Origin: Candidatus Spongiisociaceae bacterium | GTDB taxonomy: Bacteria > Actinomycetota > Acidimicrobiia > Spongiisociales > Spongiisociaceae | Length of the DNA stretch: 64,000 bases | Assembly: GCA_965202675.1 (NCBI GenBank) | Contig: OZ241842.1 | Location: forward strand, 899,188 to 963,187 | Direction of reading: 5' to 3' | Part shown: positions 21,086 through 34,753 of the stretch, piece after piece | How the letters are laid out: each line of letters opens with the position of its first letter | How positions within the stretch are numbered: the first letter of the stretch is position 1 | Translations under genes and position numbers: made by a program | Notes under the pieces: generated by a model | What the model was told of the DNA's origin: nothing | The model's input: only the letters and a program-made list of their open reading frames with translations | Databases searched by the model: none

Positions 21086-21940
21086 TTACAGGCGGCCTTC
21101 GGCGGCCAGGGCGGTGTTGTGCATCAGCATGGCTACGGTCATGGGGCCCACCCCCCCGGGGACGGGGGTGACGGCGGAAGCGACTCGGGTTGCGTCGTCG
21201 AATTTCACGTCCCCGACCAAGCGGCCGGATCCGGTCCGGTTGATGCCGACGTCGATGACCGCCGCTCCGGGGCGGATGTATTCGGCGGTAATCATCTCGG
21301 GGCGGCCCACCGCCGCCACCAGGATGTCGGCCCGGCGGGTTACCTCGGCCAAGGCCTTGGTGCGGGAGTGGGCGACGGTAACGGTGGCGTCCGCCCCCCT
21401 GGCCATCAGCAGCATCGCCAGGGGGCGGCCCACCAGGAAAGAACGCCCCACTACCGCCACTTCCGCTCCCCGGACAGGAACTTCGTAGTGATCGAGAAGG
21501 CGCAGGCACCCGCTGGGGGTGCAGGGCGTGAAACGGGGGCGGTCGTGCACGATCATGCCCAGGTTGGCAGGATGCAGGCCGTCCACATCCTTGGACGGGT
21601 TGATCTCCATCACCGCGGCCTGGTCGTCCAGACCGTCCGGCAGGGGCAGCTGGAGCAGTATCCCGTCCACCCCCGGATCGTCGCTGAGCCGCCCGATCAG
21701 GCCGGTAACCTGCCCCTGGGCGGCATCGGCCGGGAGCTCGTGATGGACCGAGCCGATACCCATCTCGGCCGCCGTCCTCCGCTTGAACCGCACGTAGGTA
21801 TGGGAGGGGGGATCGTCGCCCACCAGCACCGTGGCCAGGGTTACCCGCTTGCCGCGGGCCTCGAGAGCGGCCACCCGCTCCCTGGTCTCGTCGAGCACCA
21901 CCCCCGCCACCGCCCTGCCGTCGATAACGGTGGCGGTCAT
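21086..21940 (-). CDS. folD: Bifunctional methylenetetrahydrofolate dehydrogenase/cyclohydrolase
   Basis: …TLATVLVGDDPPSHTYVRFKRR…DVDGLHPANLG…VVGRSFLVGRPLAMLL… are FolD signatures. Confidence 0.9.
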   Translation of the reverse strand: MTATVIDGRAVAGVVLDETRERVAALEARGKRVTLATVLVGDDPPSHTYVRFKRRTAAEMGIGSVHHELPADAAQGQVTGLIGRLSDDPGVDGILLQLPLPDGLDDQAAVMEINPSKDVDGLHPANLGMIVHDRPRFTPCTPSGCLRLLDHYEVPVRGAEVAVVGRSFLVGRPLAMLLMARGADATVTVAHSRTKALAEVTRRADILVAAVGRPEMITAEYIRPGAAVIDVGINRTGSGRLVGDVKFDDATRVASAVTPVPGGVGPMTVAMLMHNTALAAEGRL

Positions 21941-22109
21941 CCGATCCTCCTCTTCAGGCCGGTCCTCGCCCCCATTCTAACCGGCCGTTCGAACCGAGCT
22001 CGGCTGTCCCAGCACATCTCGGCTGCGTCCACCGGTGCGCCCGACGGCGCCTCCACGGGTCTGCCTCACAGTGAGCTTGTCCCCCGATCCGTCCAAACAC
22101 CCCGCCCCA

Positions 22110-22432
22110 AGAGCGTGAAAAACCCGCTCCAACAACCCGACCTAATTCGTTTGACCAGGCACTTCGCCCCTTTATACCAACCTAAAGCGCGAAAACCGCC
22201 GCGGCCGGGCGCCGCCCGCCGGGCCCGGCCCCCGCCGCCACCACTCGCCGGCGGATCTCGCATCGGGCCGCGGGGCCCTGCCCCGGTCCGAGAGGCGGCC
22301 GGGCGAAATCCGTAGATCTATTACCGCCGCACGCTCCGGAATCCGGCGGCGGTGTTTGTGCTTTTGGCATCTTCTTTATACAGCATTTCGGGGCTGCCGT
22401 CTAGGGGTTCGTTCGGAGAATTTTTCGCGAGC
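22110..22432 (+). repeat. Interspersed repeat element copy 5 (type B tail)
   Basis: Same architecture as 13300-13632 (cgtgaaaaac…gcgaaaac…ccgccgcacgctccggaatccggcggcggtgtttgtg…tttcggggctgccgtctagggg…). Confidence 0.75.
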
Positions 22433-22495
22433 TCCTGAGAAGGAGGGCGGGGAGAGAGCGGCGGGCTCCCCCCGGGGCCGGACAGATGATCCGGC

Positions 22496-24022
22496 TCAGT
22501 GGCGGAAGCGGCGCTCCCCGGTGAACACCATCGCCAGGCCGAGGCGGTCGGCCGCTTCTATCACCGCCGCGTCGTTGCGCGAACCGCCCGGCTGGATCAC
22601 CAGGCTCACCCCGGCCCGCGCCGCCGCCTCGACGCCGTCCGGGAAGGGAAAGAATCCGTCGGAGGCGCAGACGCCGCCCGCCGCCCGCCCGCCGGCCCCG
22701 GCAGCCGCCGCCTCCACCGCCCCCACCCGATCGGGATGACCGGAGCCGATCCCCCACGCCGCCCCGTTCTTCGCCATCACCGCCGCGTTGGAGGCGGCGT
22801 GCGCGCACACCTTCCAGGCGAACTCGGCGTCGTCCTCCAGCCCGTCCGGGCGGCACCGGGTGACCGCCTTCCACGTGTTCCGCCCGGCGCCGGGGCCGGG
22901 GGCGGCCTGCGCCAGCCACCCCCCTTCGGCCTGTCGAAGGATCCGAGCCGGGGAGTCGGGGGGCGGGGCAGCCAGGATGCGGGTGTTGGACCGCCGGGAC
23001 CCGATCCGCTCCGCCGCGCCGGCGGCGTATCCGGGGGCGATCACCACATCCGCCTGGGGGGCGGCCTCGATCGCAGCGGCCGTATCGGCGTCCACCGTCC
23101 GGTTCAGGGCCGTCACCCCCCCGAAGGCGGCCCTGGGATCGCATTCCACCGCCCGCCGGTAGGCGCCGGACAGCTCGTCGCCCACCGCCGCGCCGCAGGG
23201 TCCGGCATGTTTGATCACCGCCGCCGCCGGGCGGTCCCCCAGATCATGCACCAGGGCCCACGCCGCCCCGGCGTCCAGCAGGTTTTGATAGCTCAAGGGC
23301 ATCCCTCCCAGCTGGACTGCGGAGTCCCACCAACCCGCATCCCCTCCCCCGGGACCGGACGCCGCCCCCGCCCGGCGGTAACGCGCCCCCGGCTGGGAAG
23401 GGTTCTCGCCGTAGCGCAGCACCTCGGCCCGCTCGAGGGTGAGATGGATAGTGGGGGGAAACAGCCCCCCCGAAGCGTCGAGCCAGCCCACCACCTCCGC
23501 GTCGAAGGCGGCGGTGCGGGCGAAGGCGGCGCGGGCCAGGCGGCGGCGGGTCCCGGTCGACAACCATCCCCCGGCGCGCAGCTCGTCGAGCACCGGCCCG
23601 TAGTCGGCGGGGTCGACCAACACCCCCACATGCGCGTGGTTCTTGGCCGCCGCCCGCGCCAGGGCGGGGCCGCCGATGTCGATGGCCTCAACGCCGGGCG
23701 CCGAACCGAACGGATAAAAGTTCACCGCCACCAGGTCGATGGGGTCGATGCCGTACCGCTCCATCTCGGCCAGGTGCTCCGGGTCGGACCGGTCGGCCAG
23801 GACGCCGCCGTGGATCTTCGGATGGAGGGTCACCACCCGATGCCCCAGCATGGGCGGGCTGCCCGTGTGGTCCGCCGCGTCCGCAACCGCCAGCCCCGCC
23901 CCTCGGAGCGTCCGGGCGGTGCCGCCGCTCGCGATCAGCTCCCAGCCCAGATCGACCAACCCGGCGGCCAGATCAACCAGCCCGGTCTTGTCAGACACCG
24001 ACAGGAGCGCCCTACGCATCAC
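22496..24022 (-). CDS. purH: Bifunctional AICAR formyltransferase / IMP cyclohydrolase
   Basis: [19 protein letters not shown]… MGS-like N-terminus and a full-length PurH. Confidence 0.9.
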   Translation of the reverse strand: MMRRALLSVSDKTGLVDLAAGLVDLGWELIASGGTARTLRGAGLAVADAADHTGSPPMLGHRVVTLHPKIHGGVLADRSDPEHLAEMERYGIDPIDLVAVNFYPFGSAPGVEAIDIGGPALARAAAKNHAHVGVLVDPADYGPVLDELRAGGWLSTGTRRRLARAAFARTAAFDAEVVGWLDASGGLFPPTIHLTLERAEVLRYGENPSQPGARYRRAGAASGPGGGDAGWWDSAVQLGGMPLSYQNLLDAGAAWALVHDLGDRPAAAVIKHAGPCGAAVGDELSGAYRRAVECDPRAAFGGVTALNRTVDADTAAAIEAAPQADVVIAPGYAAGAAERIGSRRSNTRILAAPPPDSPARILRQAEGGWLAQAAPGPGAGRNTWKAVTRCRPDGLEDDAEFAWKVCAHAASNAAVMAKNGAAWGIGSGHPDRVGAVEAAAAGAGGRAAGGVCASDGFFPFPDGVEAAARAGVSLVIQPGGSRNDAAVIEAADRLGLAMVFTGERRFRH

Positions 24023-24274
24023 AGAACCTTCCGCCGTTCAAAGGGACAAACGACAACATCTGGCCTAGCTGGAGGCAACCGCGCAACTCGGTTCGTTTGT
24101 TCAAATGTTATCTGCGCCGTGTGCGGGGATGTTCGCCTTCACCGCGGGTTTCCGGGCGAGGCACCTCTGCCTTAGGCGGCTTTTCTCCTTGGATCTCACT
24201 ACGCGGTATCGGCGCGGGCGGCCGCGGCGGTTTTGTAGATGGGCTTTTCTCAGTCATAGGTTAACCATAGCATA

Positions 24275-24772
24275 TCAGAAACCCTCTATAAAAACCTGTG
24301 TCATGGCTAACACCAAACTGGCCAGCAATGATAGCATCCCATACTTGAAAAAGTTTGACCGAAATTCTAAATCGTCATCAACGGCAATGATAACGCTCCT
24401 CTGTTGATCCTCCTGCCGATAGATCAGTGTAGAAACCAGACTATCCACACTGTCTCTCTTATCGTTGTGCCACTTCACGAACCCGCTTGCCGGTGAAGAT
24501 ATTCTCCGCCATGTGACTAATGATATAATGAATAATACAATGGCAACTACCGAAGCTAAACATGACAATGCGAGTAATTCTTTTTCTGTCGCCTCAGGAA
24601 TACGCAACACCACAAAGCTTGATACAGCCAGAGAAACAGTCAACAGCCAACCTGACTTGACCTGAGCCTTCCAAGTTCTATCCGAGAGGTAATCTACAAC
24701 CCATCGCGCGTGTTCCAACACCCATACATCTACCTCCTGTTTGTTAACATGCTCCTCTTCAAGGTCAGCCAT
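24275..24772 (-). CDS. Hypothetical small membrane protein (3 predicted TM helices) on an AT-rich insert
   Basis: GC is about 40% versus about 68% in the flanks. There is no recognisable motif. It lies between purH and sucD. Confidence 0.45.
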   Translation of the reverse strand: MADLEEEHVNKQEVDVWVLEHARWVVDYLSDRTWKAQVKSGWLLTVSLAVSSFVVLRIPEATEKELLALSCLASVVAIVLFIISLVTWRRISSPASGFVKWHNDKRDSVDSLVSTLIYRQEDQQRSVIIAVDDDLEFRSNFFKYGMLSLLASLVLAMTQVFIEGF

Positions 24773-24826
24773 TTCGTCTTCTTTTCTTCGGATAATGTCA
24801 GCCGTCTAGTACGGGCCTTCACGTTA

Positions 24827-25711
24827 CTATAGGTTCTTCACGGCCTCGACCATCAGCTCGCCGGCCTCGGTGGGGTTCTCCCCCACCCGCACCCCGGCGG
24901 CTCTCAGGGCTTCGATCTTGGCCGCGGCGGTGCCCTTGCCGCCCGAGACGATGGCCCCCGCATGGCCCATCTTCTTGCCGGGGGGGGCGGTCAGGCCGGC
25001 CACGTACCCCACCACGGGCTTGCTCATGCTCCCGGCGATGAACTCGGCCGCCTCCTCCTCCGCCGAGCCGCCGATTTCGCCGATCAGCATGACGGCCTCC
25101 GTGTCGGGGTCGGCCTCGAAGGCGGCCAGCGCGTCGGTGAACGAGGTGCCCGGCACCGGGTCGCCGCCTATCCCGACGCAGGTGGTTACGCCGACTCCGT
25201 TCAGCTTGAGCTCGTAGAGGGCCTGGTAGGTGAGGGTCCCCGAACGGCTGACGATGCCGACCGGACCGCCGGGCAGGGAGATGTCGTCGGCGATGATGCC
25301 GATGTTGGCCTCGCCGGGGCTGATGATCCCCGGGCAGTTGGGCCCGATGACCCGCACCTGCGGATGGTCGCGCCGCAGCTTGTTGAACAGCCAGGCCTCG
25401 TCCTTGGCGGGGACGCCCTCGGTGATGACCACCACCAGCCCGACCCCGCCCTCGGCCGCCTCGATCACCGCGTCCTTCACGAAGGGGGCGGGGACGAACA
25501 CGCACGACGCGTCGGCGCCGGTCGCATCCACGGCGGCGGCCGCGTCGGCGAAGACGGGTATCCCCTCCACGTCCGAACCCGCCTTGGCGGGGTGGGTGCC
25601 CGCCACCACGTTGGTGCCGTAGCGGCGGTTGCGCAGCCCGTGGAAGCGGCCCTGGCGGCCGGTCAGGCCCTGGTAAACGACCCGGCTGCGCCGGTCCACC
25701 CAGATGCTCAC
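24827..25711 (-). CDS. sucD: Succinyl-CoA synthetase alpha subunit
   Basis: …VVYQGLTGRQGRFH… with CoA-binding and catalytic His region. Confidence 0.9.
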   Translation of the reverse strand: MSIWVDRRSRVVYQGLTGRQGRFHGLRNRRYGTNVVAGTHPAKAGSDVEGIPVFADAAAAVDATGADASCVFVPAPFVKDAVIEAAEGGVGLVVVITEGVPAKDEAWLFNKLRRDHPQVRVIGPNCPGIISPGEANIGIIADDISLPGGPVGIVSRSGTLTYQALYELKLNGVGVTTCVGIGGDPVPGTSFTDALAAFEADPDTEAVMLIGEIGGSAEEEAAEFIAGSMSKPVVGYVAGLTAPPGKKMGHAGAIVSGGKGTAAAKIEALRAAGVRVGENPTEAGELMVEAVKNL

Positions 25712-26856
25712 GCCCCGCCCCCGGCCAGCTCCACCGCCTTGCGGGCGCCCGCCGGCATCGAATCGGCCGTCACGAACCTATCCGACAGGACGGGTCGGAG
25801 CATGGCCAGCCCCTGCGCCGCGTTGGTGCCGTCGAGGCGCAGGACGATCGGCGGCCGCATATCGACCCGCTCCAGGGCGTCGAGGATGCCCCGGGCCACC
25901 ACGTCGCCCAGGACGATCCCGCTGAAGATGTTGATGAAGATGGTCTGGACCGCCGGGTCGTCGTTTATCACCTCCAGCGCGGCGGTCATGGTCGACGCGT
26001 CGGCCCCGCCGCCGATGTCCAGGAAGTTGGCCGCCGACCCCCCGGCCTGGGACACGATGTCCACCGTGCTCATCGCCAGCCCCGCGCCGTTGGCGATCAC
26101 CCCCACCGTTCCGTCCAGGCCGACGTACTGTAGGCCCCGGCCGTGGGCGGCGGCCTCCCGCTCGTCCCTCGGCTGGGTGGCGTCGTATTCCCCGTATTCT
26201 GGGTGGCGGAACCGCGAGCTCGCATCCAGGCTGACCTTGGCGTCAAGGGCGAGCACCCGGCCGCCGGAGGTGAGGATCAGCGGGTTTACCTCCACCAGGT
26301 CGGCGTCCCCCTTCGTGAAGGCCTCGTACAGCCCCAGCAGTATCTCGACCGCCCCCCCGGTTGCGGCGGGATCCAGCCGGGCGGCCTCCGCCCACGACCG
26401 GGCCGCCGCCTCGTCCAAGCCGTCAACTGGGTCGATCAGGAGCCTGGCAACGGCGTCCGGATCGGATGCGGCCACCTCCTCGATGTCCACTCCCCCCCTG
26501 GCGGACAGCATGCCCAGGTACTTGCGGGCCGAACGGTCCAGTGTGAAACCGGCGTAGTACTCGGCCGCTATCTCCGAGGCCGCCTCGACCAGCACCAGGC
26601 GCACCGTGTGGCCGCGGATGTCCATGCCCAGGATGGCCCCCGCGCAGGCCGCCGCCTCCTCGGGGCTGCCCGCCAGACGCACCCCGCCCGCCTTGCCCCG
26701 CCCGCCGATGTGGACCTGGGCTTTGACCACCACGGGGCAACCGATCCGCTCGGCGGCGGCCGCCGCCGAGGACGGGTCGGCGGCCACCTCCCCGGGCGGT
26801 ACGGGAACGCCGTACTGCGCAAGGAACCGCTTGCCCTGATATTCGAGAAGATCCAC
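25708..26856 (-). CDS. sucC: Succinyl-CoA synthetase beta subunit
   Basis: MDLLEYQGKRFLAQYGVPVP… ATP-grasp N-terminus. Its 3' end overlaps the sucD start by 4 bp. Confidence 0.9.
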   Translation of the reverse strand: MDLLEYQGKRFLAQYGVPVPPGEVAADPSSAAAAAERIGCPVVVKAQVHIGGRGKAGGVRLAGSPEEAAACAGAILGMDIRGHTVRLVLVEAASEIAAEYYAGFTLDRSARKYLGMLSARGGVDIEEVAASDPDAVARLLIDPVDGLDEAAARSWAEAARLDPAATGGAVEILLGLYEAFTKGDADLVEVNPLILTSGGRVLALDAKVSLDASSRFRHPEYGEYDATQPRDEREAAAHGRGLQYVGLDGTVGVIANGAGLAMSTVDIVSQAGGSAANFLDIGGGADASTMTAALEVINDDPAVQTIFINIFSGIVLGDVVARGILDALERVDMRPPIVLRLDGTNAAQGLAMLRPVLSDRFVTADSMPAGARKAVELAGGGA

Positions 26857-26994
26857 GAGCCTTGATGATATCTATCTCCAGGCGAGGCGGATCCGTCGGG
26901 CGGCGCAAGACCGTAAGCAACCGATGGGAGCCGCCTGCCGGAGCGGACGGATAAGGCACCGCCTCGGGCGGCAACCGCGGGCAATGGTACTCTT

Positions 26995-28614
26995 GTGAAT
27001 GTGGGAAACATCGAGCAGGCGAGGACACCGAGTCGCAGCCGCCGAACGGCGGGCCGGCCGGGTCGGAGGTACAAGGCCTTCGGGATAGCGATGGCGGCCG
27101 CCGCCGGACTCTTGATACTGACCAGCGGTGCGGCGGCGCAGAACGGATTCGACGACGCCGGCGGGACTCACGAACCGGCCATCAACGCCCTGGCCGGCGA
27201 GGGGATCCTGGAAGGCACCGAGTGCGGCGAACGGAGAATCTGCCCCGACGATCCGCTCCTGCGCCGGGTGATGGGGGTATGGCTCGTCCGGGCCGCCAAA
27301 GAGTCCCCCGCAACGTCCGCCACACGATTCACCGACTTGGACCCCTCGGTCTGGTGGACCCCCTACGTAGAACGCCTCGCCGAGCTGGAAATCACCCAGG
27401 GATGCACCGCCTCCCCGGCGCGGTACTGCCCCGACCAACCGGTAACCCGAGGACAGATGGCAACCTTCCTGACCCGAGCCTTCGACCTCGAGGACGGGCC
27501 GCCGGCCGGGTTCACCGACACCGACGGACATCGCCGCGCCGAGGCGATCGACGCGTTGGCGGCCGCCCGCATCACAACCGGCTGCGGAGAGAACCGGTAC
27601 TGCCCAGACGCGGTAGTAACCCGTGGACAGATGGCAACCTTCTTGGCCCGAGCGCTCAACCTGACAGCCCGGCCCGAAACCCCGGTTGCCGTGAATGATC
27701 CACGCGGATTTACCGCCGTCACCGCCGGCGACTCTTTTTCATGCGGCATACGCACCAACGGCTCTGTAACCTGTTGGGGCTACAACCGGAAGGGTCAAAC
27801 AGACGCACCATACAGACAATTCACCACCATCACCACCGGAGATTCTCACACGTGCGGAATACGCACCAACAACACAATAACCTGCTGGGGCGACGACCTA
27901 TCCCGCCAAACAGACGCACCAACCGGACAATTCACCACCATCACCGCCGGCAGCTGGCATACATGTGGAATACGAACCGACAATACCGTAACCTGCTGGG
28001 GCAACCTGGTCCGTCCAACAGACATACCAACCGGACAATTCACCGCCATCACCGCCGGAAGTACCCATTCGTGCGGAATACGTAACAACGGTGCCGTGAC
28101 CTGCTGGGGCGACAACGATTACGTCCGAGTAGACGCACCAACCGGACAATTCACTACCATCACCGCTGGCATCTATTTTTCATGTGGAATACGCACCAAC
28201 AACACCGTAACCTGCTGGGGCAACAACCGGCACGGTGAAACAGACACACCAGACGGACAATTCACCGCCATCACCACCGGATCTTTACATTCGTGCGGAA
28301 TACGCACCGACAACACCGTAACCTGCTGGGGCAACAACGGGGCCGGTGAAACAGACGCACCAACCGGACAATTCACCGCCATCACCGCCGGAAATACCCA
28401 TCATTCGTGCGGAATACGCACCGACAACACCGTAACCTGCTGGGGCGACAACCGGTACGGTCAAATAGACGCACCAACCGGACAATTCACCGCCATCACC
28501 GCCGGAAATACCCATTCGTGTGGAATACGCACCAACGGCGCTGTGACCTGCTGGGGCAACGTAAAAATCCATTTGCCCCCCGGTGCCCAATTGTCCGGAA
28601 TTAAAGCTGCCTAG
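26995..28614 (+). CDS. Secreted SLH-domain protein with about 9-10 tandem RCC1-like beta-propeller repeats
   Basis: A signal-like N-terminus, then three SLH-like modules (…RYCPD…VTRGQMATFL…), then a repeated unit …FTAITAG.SHSCGIRT.NTVTCWGdN..GQTDAPTGQ…. Confidence 0.65.
   Translation: MNVGNIEQARTPSRSRRTAGRPGRRYKAFGIAMAAAAGLLILTSGAAAQNGFDDAGGTHEPAINALAGEGILEGTECGERRICPDDPLLRRVMGVWLVRAAKESPATSATRFTDLDPSVWWTPYVERLAELEITQGCTASPARYCPDQPVTRGQMATFLTRAFDLEDGPPAGFTDTDGHRRAEAIDALAAARITTGCGENRYCPDAVVTRGQMATFLARALNLTARPETPVAVNDPRGFTAVTAGDSFSCGIRTNGSVTCWGYNRKGQTDAPYRQFTTITTGDSHTCGIRTNNTITCWGDDLSRQTDAPTGQFTTITAGSWHTCGIRTDNTVTCWGNLVRPTDIPTGQFTAITAGSTHSCGIRNNGAVTCWGDNDYVRVDAPTGQFTTITAGIYFSCGIRTNNTVTCWGNNRHGETDTPDGQFTAITTGSLHSCGIRTDNTVTCWGNNGAGETDAPTGQFTAITAGNTHHSCGIRTDNTVTCWGDNRYGQIDAPTGQFTAITAGNTHSCGIRTNGAVTCWGNVKIHLPPGAQLSGIKAA
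27690..28560 (+). repeat. Intragenic tandem array of about 102-bp units encoding RCC1-like repeats
   Basis: Repeated …ggacaattcaccgccatcaccgccgg…tcgtgcggaatacgcaccgacaacaccgtaacctgctggggc… blocks. Confidence 0.8.
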
Positions 28615-28678
28615 AGGCCGGCAGATATGGCACCGGTTTAGGGTTCTATCTCGGTTGCTCCGACTGATTAGTTAACTA

Positions 28679-29089
28679 CTACTCTCCGAATATCGCATCA
28701 GCGGGAGGGACGTTGGACTCCACCCAGCCGGTTACCTCGGCTAGGGGGGTGCCGGGGGTAAAGATCTCCGCCAGGCCGTGTTGCTTCAGTGCTTCGGCGT
28801 CCTGTTCGGGTACGATGCCGCCGCCGAATACCACCACGGTGTCCATACCCCGCCGGCGCAGCAGATCGACTACCGCCGGGAACAGGGTCATGTGGGCGCC
28901 GGAGAGGGCGGACAGGCCCACGGCGTCCACATCCTCCTGGACCGCCGCCTCCACGATCTGGGCCGGGGTCTGGTGCAGGCCGGTGTAGATCACCTCGTTG
29001 CCCGCGTCGCGCAACGCCCTGGCCACGACCTTGGCGCCCCGGTCGTGCCCGTCGAGGCCCGGCTTGGCGATGAGTATCCGCCTGGGCAC
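28679..29089 (-). CDS. Cobalamin (B12)-binding domain protein (methylmalonyl-CoA mutase C-terminal-domain-like)
   Basis: …[20 protein letters not shown]…[14 protein letters not shown]… is the canonical DxHxxG B12-binding motif. Confidence 0.75.
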   Translation of the reverse strand: MPRRILIAKPGLDGHDRGAKVVARALRDAGNEVIYTGLHQTPAQIVEAAVQEDVDAVGLSALSGAHMTLFPAVVDLLRRRGMDTVVVFGGGIVPEQDAEALKQHGLAEIFTPGTPLAEVTGWVESNVPPADAIFGE

Positions 29090-29097
29090 CCGGCCCC

Positions 29098-30225
29098 TCA
29101 GTCCGGCCCGGCCAGGGCCGCCCGCTTCTGTTCTATTTCCCCCATCATCTCTCGGAAGGAAGCCAGGAACTTGTCCACCCCCTCCCGCTCGAGGCAGTCG
29201 GCGGCATCGTCGTAGTCCACCCCCGCCGACGACAGCTCATCGAGGACGGACATCGCCTCGTTGAGCTCCTCCACCCCCAGCGCCGAGGGGTTCCGGGCGC
29301 CGTGATCCTGGTAGGCGGCAATGGTGGACTCCGGCATGGTGTTGACCGTGGCGGGGGCGACCAGCGTGTCTACGTACAGAGTGTCGGGGTAATCAGGATT
29401 CTTGGTGGAAGTGGAAGCCCACAGCGGCCGCTGCGCCCCGGCGCCCAGCCGGTGCAGCCTCAGCCAGCGCTCCGAGGTGAAAGCCCGCAGGAACTCCAGG
29501 TAGGCGGCCCTGGCGTTGGCGACCGCCCCCCGGCCTCTCAGAGCCAAGGCTTCAGAGCCGCCGATCCTCTCGAGCCGGGCGTCCACCTCGCTGTCGAAGC
29601 GGGAAACGAAGAAAGAGGCCACCGACGCCGGCGAAGCGAGATCGCCGCCCGCCTCCTCGAACCTCTCCACCCCCCTTATGTAGGCCTCGATCACCGAGCG
29701 GTAGCGGTCAAGGGAGAAGATCAGGGTAACGTTGACCGAGACGCCCTCGGCGGTCAAGGCCTCGATAGCCGGCACGCCCTCCCGGGTGGCCGGCACCTTG
29801 ACGAGCAGGTTGGGGCGGTCGATCCGCTTCACCCAGTCCCGCGCCTCGGCGACGGTGGGCTCGGTCCGGCGGGCCAGCTCCGGCGACACCTCCACCGACA
29901 CGAACCCGTCCCGCCCCCCGGTGCGGCGGTGCACGGGCCCCATCACATCACAGGCCCGCCGGATGTCCTCGGCGACGACCTCCGTATAGATCTCTTCGGC
30001 GTCCGCGCCCCGAGCGGCGAGGCCTGCGATCTGGGCGTCATAGGAGTCGCCGGACGTTATCGCCTGGGCGAAGATGGTGGGGTTGGAGGTAACGCCGGTC
30101 ACCCCCTCGTCCAGACGGCGGTCGAGCCCGCCCGAGTTCAGCATATCCCTGGAAATGGAATCAATCCAGACGGATTGGCCCAAACGGGCCAGGCTATGCA
30201 GTCTGGAAACATCGGCGCCGGACAT
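29098..30225 (-). CDS. tal: Transaldolase
   Basis: …[14 protein letters not shown]…[11 protein letters not shown]… with a lysine active-site region. The start was chosen at the internal ATG because a strong RBS (ggtgaggggagagaagatc) precedes it. Confidence 0.85.
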   Translation of the reverse strand: MSGADVSRLHSLARLGQSVWIDSISRDMLNSGGLDRRLDEGVTGVTSNPTIFAQAITSGDSYDAQIAGLAARGADAEEIYTEVVAEDIRRACDVMGPVHRRTGGRDGFVSVEVSPELARRTEPTVAEARDWVKRIDRPNLLVKVPATREGVPAIEALTAEGVSVNVTLIFSLDRYRSVIEAYIRGVERFEEAGGDLASPASVASFFVSRFDSEVDARLERIGGSEALALRGRGAVANARAAYLEFLRAFTSERWLRLHRLGAGAQRPLWASTSTKNPDYPDTLYVDTLVAPATVNTMPESTIAAYQDHGARNPSALGVEELNEAMSVLDELSSAGVDYDDAADCLEREGVDKFLASFREMMGEIEQKRAALAGPD

Positions 30226-30287
30226 GATCTTCTCTCCCCTCACCAGGTGAATTCTTGTGCTTTCGTCCCTCAGGTCAGATGATAAGG

Positions 30288-30467
30288 TCATTCCTCGGTC
30301 AAAAATCCCCCGTAGGCAAACCAGAGGTCCCGAAGCCCGGGATCCTCCAAAGCGTCGGACCTACCCTCATCCAAGAACCGCTCACGGGTCATCCCTTCCA
30401 CAGCTTCAATCCATGGGTCGATCCACTCCCACAGCTGTTCTTCGGTTACCTCGATCACTTGAGCCAT
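30288..30467 (-). CDS. Possible small ORF (59 aa) upstream of tal
   Basis: MAQVIEVTEEQLWEWIDPWIEAVEGMTRERFLDEGRSDALEDPGLRDLWFAYGGFLTEE. It is absent from the ORF track because it is under 60 aa. There is no homology call. Confidence 0.2.
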   Translation of the reverse strand: MAQVIEVTEEQLWEWIDPWIEAVEGMTRERFLDEGRSDALEDPGLRDLWFAYGGFLTEE

Positions 30468-30534
30468 TGTCGTCTCTTTTGCCGTCTCCTGCTTTGTGCG
30501 CTGTTTGATCTACCCGCCTGATCGATTGGGCGCG

Positions 30535-30809
30535 TCAGTCTCCGGCGAGGGCGGCGTCGTCGGCCAACAGGGTGACCGTGTTGTCGAAGATCTGGAGGAA
30601 GCCGCCCCCTACCTGCACCTGGATCCGGTCATTTCCCGACTGGATTTCCACCGTGCCGCCCGCCAGAGCGGCCATCAGGGGCTCGTGGTGGGCGAGGATG
30701 CCGATCTCGCCGTCCACCGTCCGGGCGACTACGAACTCGGCCTCGCCGGACCACAATACGGCCTCGGGCGACACCACATCCACCCGCATCGGGGTGGAGG
30801 CGGCGACCA

Positions 30810-30810
<1 letters not shown>
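30535..30810 (-). CDS. atpC: F1 ATP synthase epsilon subunit (short form)
   Basis: N-terminal beta-sandwich sequence …VVSPEAVLWSGEAEFVVARTVDGEIGILAHHEPL… lying directly after atpD. Confidence 0.8.
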
Positions 30811-33156
<2,346 letters not shown>

Positions 33157-33165
33157 GGCAGGGCG

Positions 33166-34707
33166 CTACCCCCCTCCCCCGAAACTCTCCAGGAAGGCGG
33201 CGATGGCGCCGTCCAGCTCCTCGACCTCCGGCAGGTTGCCGGTGCGCCTTATGGCCTCCAGCAGGTGGGGCCGCCGCACCCGCACGAACTCCCGGAGCTC
33301 CTGCTCGGCCCTGGGGATGCGGTCCACCGCAACGACGTCGAGGTGGCCCTCGGTGACCGCATAGATGGCCAGCACCTGTTCCTCGACCGCAACCGGGGCG
33401 AACTGCGGCTGCTTGAGCACCTCCACCACCCGGCGCCCCCGCTCCAGCTGCGCCAGCGACACCGCGTCCAACTCGGAACCGAACTCGGCGAAGGCTTCCA
33501 GCTCCCGGTACTGGGCGAGGTTGAGGCGGAGCGGACCGGCCACCTTCTTCATGGCGCCGATCTGGGCGTTGCCCCCCACCCGCGACACCGAGATGCCGGC
33601 GTTCATGGCCGGCCGGATGCCCGAAAAGAACAGGTCGGTTTCCAGGAAGATCTGGCCGTCGGTGATGGAGATGACGTTGGTGGGGATGTAGGCCGATACG
33701 TCGTTGGCCTTGGTCTCGATCAGGGGCAGCCCGGTGAGGGAGCCGCCGCCCAGCTCGTCGGAGAGCTTGGCGCAGCGTTCCAGCAACCGGCTGTGCAGGT
33801 AGAACACGTCGCCGGGGAAGGCCTCCCGCCCCGGAGGGCGGCGCAGCAGGAGCGATATCTCCCGGTAGGCCACCGCCTGCTTGGACAGGTCGTCGAAGAT
33901 GACCAGGGCGTGCTGGCCGTTGTACATCCAGTGCTGGCCGATGGCCGAACCGGCGTACGGCGCGTACATCTGGAGGGCGGGCGGAGCGGAGGCGGCCGCG
34001 GTGACCACCACCGTGTACTCCATGGCCCCCGCCTCCTCGAGGGAGGCCACCACCTCCGCCACCGTGGAGGCCTTCTGCCCGATCGCCACGTAGACGCACT
34101 TGACCTCATCGGGCGTGCCCTGGAACTGCTTCTGGTTGAGGATGGTGTCCACCACGATGGCGGTCTTGCCGGTCTGCCGGTCGCCGATGATCAGCTGCCG
34201 CTGGCCCTTCCCGATGGGGGTCATGGAATCGATGGCCTTGATGCCGGTCTGGAGCGGCTCGCTGACCGGCTGCCGCTGCACCACGGACGGGGCCTGGGTC
34301 TCCAGCAGGCGCCGCTCGCCCTGGGGAATGTCGCCCTTGCCGTCCAGCGGGTTGCCCACCGGGTCGACCACCCGGCCCAGCAGGGCGTCGCCCACCGGCA
34401 CCGACAGCACCCGGCGGGTCTGGTGGACGGGGTCGCCTTCCTCTATGTGGGTGGGGTCGCCCATCAGCACCACCCCGAGGTCCTGCTCGTCGAGGTTGAG
34501 GGTCACCCCCAGCAGGCCGCCCGGGAACTCCAGCAGCTCGGAGGCGGCGGCGTTGGGCAGCCCCGACACCCGCGCCACCCCGTCGGCGATGGCGGTGACG
34601 TATCCGACCGTCTCCTGCTCGAGGCTGGGCGACCAGTCCGCCACATGCCGGCGGAGGGCGGCGGTGATGTCCTGTGGGCTAATCGTCAGTTCAGCCGTTT
34701 GAGCCAT
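33166..34707 (-). CDS. atpA: F1 ATP synthase alpha subunit
   Basis: P-loop [15 protein letters not shown] and a full-length alpha subunit. Confidence 0.95.
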   Translation of the reverse strand: MAQTAELTISPQDITAALRRHVADWSPSLEQETVGYVTAIADGVARVSGLPNAAASELLEFPGGLLGVTLNLDEQDLGVVLMGDPTHIEEGDPVHQTRRVLSVPVGDALLGRVVDPVGNPLDGKGDIPQGERRLLETQAPSVVQRQPVSEPLQTGIKAIDSMTPIGKGQRQLIIGDRQTGKTAIVVDTILNQKQFQGTPDEVKCVYVAIGQKASTVAEVVASLEEAGAMEYTVVVTAAASAPPALQMYAPYAGSAIGQHWMYNGQHALVIFDDLSKQAVAYREISLLLRRPPGREAFPGDVFYLHSRLLERCAKLSDELGGGSLTGLPLIETKANDVSAYIPTNVISITDGQIFLETDLFFSGIRPAMNAGISVSRVGGNAQIGAMKKVAGPLRLNLAQYRELEAFAEFGSELDAVSLAQLERGRRVVEVLKQPQFAPVAVEEQVLAIYAVTEGHLDVVAVDRIPRAEQELREFVRVRRPHLLEAIRRTGNLPEVEELDGAIAAFLESFGGGG

Positions 34708-34753
34708 CGGCAGTCCTCTCTCGTTCTCGTCTTCGGCAGACCGGCCGGGCGGG

